In this document: positions 60,669 to 64,000 of the stretch, piece by piece
Layout of the letters: the number at the start of each line of letters is the position of its first letter
Numbering within the stretch: the first letter of the stretch is position 1
Source of the DNA: an uncultured delta proteobacterium
GTDB taxonomy: Bacteria > Desulfobacterota > Binatia > UBA9968
Length of the DNA stretch: 64,000 bases
Assembly (NCBI GenBank): GCA_963745835.1
Contig: CAVUZH010000004.1
Span: 1-64,000 of the forward strand
Direction of reading: 5' to 3'
Translations under genes and position numbers: made by a program
The notes under the pieces: model-generated
Database searches by the model: none
Told to the model about the DNA's origin: nothing
What the model saw: only the letters and a program-made list of their open reading frames with translations

Positions 60669-60845
60669 CGATGCCGTGCGTATGGCCAAATGCGACGGCG
60701 TGCTCGACTCGTCCTCGGGAAGGTCCTCGCTTGGGCATCGGATAGTACCATCAAGAGGCTGTTCTCTATCGTGGAATCAAGAGAGGGAATGAGAAGAAGG
60801 CCACTTCATCCATCCGAGCTTCCCGCCCGTTTGGAAAATAGGCGA

Positions 60846-61571
60846 TCACCTAAGTGGTCGCTCACATAACACCGAATCTATGATCCGAAGATCAAATTGC
60901 TCCGCAAAAGAGTACGCGGCTTTATTGTAAGGATCTTCAGATGCGGCTACGAACGGCAATTCTCCAGCACATCTTACTGCAGTGAGTGTCGAAAGAGCTT
61001 CACGGTTGGTCTCCGCCGCCAGCGGGACGCCGCTTTCGAGCCGGTTCAAAACATAACCAAGAACGCGCAGACCTTTGCAGCGGGCGTGTTCGAGCGTCAG
61101 CAACAGATGATTGATCATACCGAGACGATTGGCGGCAATTACGATAACCGGAAGTTTGAGAACTCTGGCCAAGTCGGCGTAGGTATAGCTGGGTAATAGT
61201 GGCACCATCAGTCCGCCAGCGCCTTCAACAAGAGTGACGTCGTGACCTGAACTGATCTCGTCATAAACATCCATCAATCTATTGACTTCCAGTGTGATGC
61301 CTTGGCGTTGTGCCGCCACACTGGGCGCCAGCGGTTCACGCAATTGATAAGGACATATTTTGTCCAGCGGATCTTGAGAGGCGGAGGCCTCTTTCAAAAG
61401 AATGGCGTCTTCGGGATATAGTCGACCCTGTCGTTCGGCGCAGCCGCTTTCCGCCGGCTTCATCACGCCGACCCGATATCCGGACTCACGCAGAAGAGCC
61501 GCCAGCTTGCACGCGAAGAAGGTTTTGCCGACGCCGGTGTCTGTGCCGGTGATGAAAACTCCCTGTCCCAT
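60846..61571 (-). CDS. bioD: Dethiobiotin synthase
   Basis: FITGTDTGVGKT, MKP, VEGAGG, LGMINH. Confidence 0.95.
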   Translation of the reverse strand: MGQGVFITGTDTGVGKTFFACKLAALLRESGYRVGVMKPAESGCAERQGRLYPEDAILLKEASASQDPLDKICPYQLREPLAPSVAAQRQGITLEVNRLMDVYDEISSGHDVTLVEGAGGLMVPLLPSYTYADLARVLKLPVIVIAANRLGMINHLLLTLEHARCKGLRVLGYVLNRLESGVPLAAETNREALSTLTAVRCAGELPFVAASEDPYNKAAYSFAEQFDLRIIDSVLCERPLR

Positions 61572-62929
61572 CAGTTTTCCGTCACGGCGTGGATAGACTC
61601 GTAAACCGTATCCAAAAGTAAAGCGAGCTCGGCATCCGTAACCGATAGCGGTGGCATCAATATGATGATGTCTGCCAGGGGTCGGATCATGACATTGCGT
61701 TTGCGCGCTTCGATAATCACTTTGTGACCAATGCGCTTTTCAGCGGGATAACTTTTGCGGCTGGCCTTATCCTCGACCAGCTCGATGCCGACCATGAAAC
61801 CCCATTGGCGCACATCGCTGATGTGCGCCAATGGCAGAAACTCTTCTCCGAGCCGCTGGTTTAGATACGAGATTCTCGGCTGCATGTTGTCGACGATGTT
61901 TTCTCTCTGGAATAACTCGAGATTCGCAAGCGCCGTCGCACAACCGAGCGGATTGCCCGTGTAAGTATGGCCGTGAAAAAAGGTTTTATAGTCTTTGTAG
62001 TCACCTAAGAAGGCGGCAAAGACTTGTTCGCTGGTTAATGTCGCTGCCAGTGGCAGGTAGCCGCCGGTGATTCCTTTGGCCAGACAGACAATATCGGGCC
62101 TTACTCCAGCGTGATCGCATGCAAACATCTTTCCGGTGCGACCAAAACCCGTCGCTACTTCATCAAGAACCAACAGAATTCCATAGCGCCGGCAGATTTC
62201 ATCGAGCGCTTTCAGATATTCCACGGGTTGGGCCCACATCCCCGCGGCTCCCTGCATAAGCGGCTCCACGACCAGAGCGGCCAGTGTATTTCTATTCTCG
62301 CTAATTTTTTTCTCCGCTTCATCGACAGCCGCATTAAGCGCCTCATCTCCGCTCAATTTCTGGTAGTAGCGAAAGACATGCGGCGGCGTGATTCGCACCA
62401 CCGGAAACAGCAGGCTCTTGTGATAACGATGAAAGGTTTCAGAATAGCCCATGCTCATGGAGCCGATGGTATCGCCGTGGTACGACTCCGCCAGCGTCGC
62501 AATCAGGGTGCGCTTGGCTTGTCCTTTTAATTGCCAGTACTGGACCGCCATTTTGAGAGCCACTTCGACTGCCGTGGCGCCACTGTCGGAATAGAAAACC
62601 CGCTGCAGTCCTGGAGGAGCCACTTCGATGAGCTTTTGCGCCAACTCAATGCCGGGCACATGGCTCAGGCCGAGAAATGTCGAATGGGAAATGCGGTCGA
62701 GCTGGCCGCGTATGGCATCGTCGAGCTCTTTTTTGCGATGCCCGTGAACGTTGCACCAAAGTGATGAAACTCCATCGAAATACCTGCGGCCGTTAATGTC
62801 GATCAGGTAATGCCCTTCGCCTTGGCTGATAATGCAGGGCTCCTCACGGATCCATTCCTGCATTTGCGTGAACGGATGCCAGAGGTGGCTATGATCCAGC
62901 TGCTTGAGGTTGTCGTAGTATTGAGTCAT
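61571..62929 (-). CDS. bioA: Adenosylmethionine-8-amino-7-oxononanoate aminotransferase
   Basis: WHPFTQM, SSLWCNVHGH, YHGDT, DEVATGFGRTG, KGITGGY. Confidence 0.96.
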   Translation of the reverse strand: MTQYYDNLKQLDHSHLWHPFTQMQEWIREEPCIISQGEGHYLIDINGRRYFDGVSSLWCNVHGHRKKELDDAIRGQLDRISHSTFLGLSHVPGIELAQKLIEVAPPGLQRVFYSDSGATAVEVALKMAVQYWQLKGQAKRTLIATLAESYHGDTIGSMSMGYSETFHRYHKSLLFPVVRITPPHVFRYYQKLSGDEALNAAVDEAEKKISENRNTLAALVVEPLMQGAAGMWAQPVEYLKALDEICRRYGILLVLDEVATGFGRTGKMFACDHAGVRPDIVCLAKGITGGYLPLAATLTSEQVFAAFLGDYKDYKTFFHGHTYTGNPLGCATALANLELFQRENIVDNMQPRISYLNQRLGEEFLPLAHISDVRQWGFMVGIELVEDKASRKSYPAEKRIGHKVIIEARKRNVMIRPLADIIILMPPLSVTDAELALLLDTVYESIHAVTEN

Positions 62930-62942
62930 TGCGACGTGATCG

Positions 62943-64000
62943 CTAATGAACCGCTGCGAATGCCTCGAGCGCTCGATCTATTTGATCCGATGTGTGTGTC
63001 GCCATAAGCGTGATCCGCAACCGCGACGTTCCTGGCGGCACTGTCGGTGGACGAATGCCCTGAGCAAAAATACCGCGATCGAGCAATCGATCCGAAAGGC
63101 GCATACACTCATCGGCATCGCCGATCATCAACGGCAAGATCTGACTTCGGCTGTCACCCAGCGAATATCCTAATCTCGCCAATCCATCTCGCACTCGCGC
63201 GCAATTATCGCGCAACACACGCCGTCTCTCGGGCTCGTGCTTGATCAATTCAAGAGCGGCAATGCCCATTGCCATGACAACAGGCGGCAGCGATGTTGTA
63301 AATATAAAACTGCGGCAACGATTAATCAGCAGCTCACGCAGCGCCACGCTACCCGCGACGTATGCGCCAAACCCTCCCAGCGCTTTGCCGAGGGTTCCCA
63401 TCTGCACGAGTACGCGCTCGCCTAGACGCAATTGCGAAACGAGGCCGGCGCCGTCCGGTTCGTACACCCCCGTGGCATGCGCCTCATCGACCATGGTCAT
63501 GGCATCGTATCTTTCCGACAGCTCGACAATCTCGTTTCAGCGGCGCTTCGTCTCCGTCCATGCTGAAAAGGGATTCGGTAACGATCAACTTACGCGAGCT
63601 GCGCGGCGCGTGTTTCAGGCCATCTTCCAGTTGATCGACATCGCAATGCCTGTATACGACGATTTTCGCTCGCGATAGGCGGCAACCGTCGATGATGCTG
63701 GCATGATTGAGCGCATCGCTGAAAACCACATCGCCATCGCCGACCAGAGTCGGGATGATCCCTGTGTTGGCCTGGAAGCCGGAATTGAAGACTAATGCCG
63801 ACTCGGTTCCCTTCAATTGAGCAAGCTTGATTTCAAGCTCTTCATGCAGAGTCATGTTCCCGGAAATCAGACGCGACGCGCCCGACCCGCAGCCGTAACG
63901 GCCGATCGCATCCGTTGCGGCTTTTCTCAGGGCCGGGTGATTGGCCAATCCCAGATAGTTGTTTGACGAGAAGTTTAACACTTCGCGCCCATCGACCATC
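62943..64000 (-). CDS. bioF: 8-amino-7-oxononanoate synthase (5' end outside the window; frameshift near 63535)
   Basis: [25 protein letters not shown] / VDEAH, GTLGKA, IRPPTVP. Confidence 0.93.

Overview
Two different parts. (1) About 7.2-64 kb is an ordinary, gene-dense chromosome; its gene content (Bug/TctC, NMT1 and TAXI binding proteins, cinA-thpR-recA-recX-alaS, 11-subunit nuo operon, groESL, bioFAD, larC) suggests a deltaproteobacteria-like organism such as Ca. Binatia (inference only). (2) About 1-7.2 kb is a mosaic: a broken cyclase-ATPase-TPR gene, a transposase stub, palindromic recombination-like sites, an AT-rich segment with an atypical Xer-like tyrosine recombinase, a very GC-rich VanZ-family gene between dif-like sites and two diverged ~85-bp repeats, and an ExeA-type ATPase cut off and joined to a 5'-truncated hydrolase. 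Main highlights: (a) a probably exported rhodanese selenoprotein (in-frame UGA at the catalytic Cys position, SECIS-like hairpin) coupled to SCO and VKOR-thioredoxin genes; (b) a candidate dif/Xer-type cassette-capture module around vanZ; (c) an ATP-grasp ligase/M20 peptidase pair; (d) a Cys-less Asp/Glu-racemase-fold gene with a 44-aa ORF and a VOC enzyme; (e) recX with no canonical start codon. Single frameshifts in housekeeping genes (groEL, bioF) point to uncorrected long-read indels, so frameshifts and the mosaic end need read-level checks. No rRNA, tRNA or CRISPR array was seen. All family calls come from motif recognition, not database searches.
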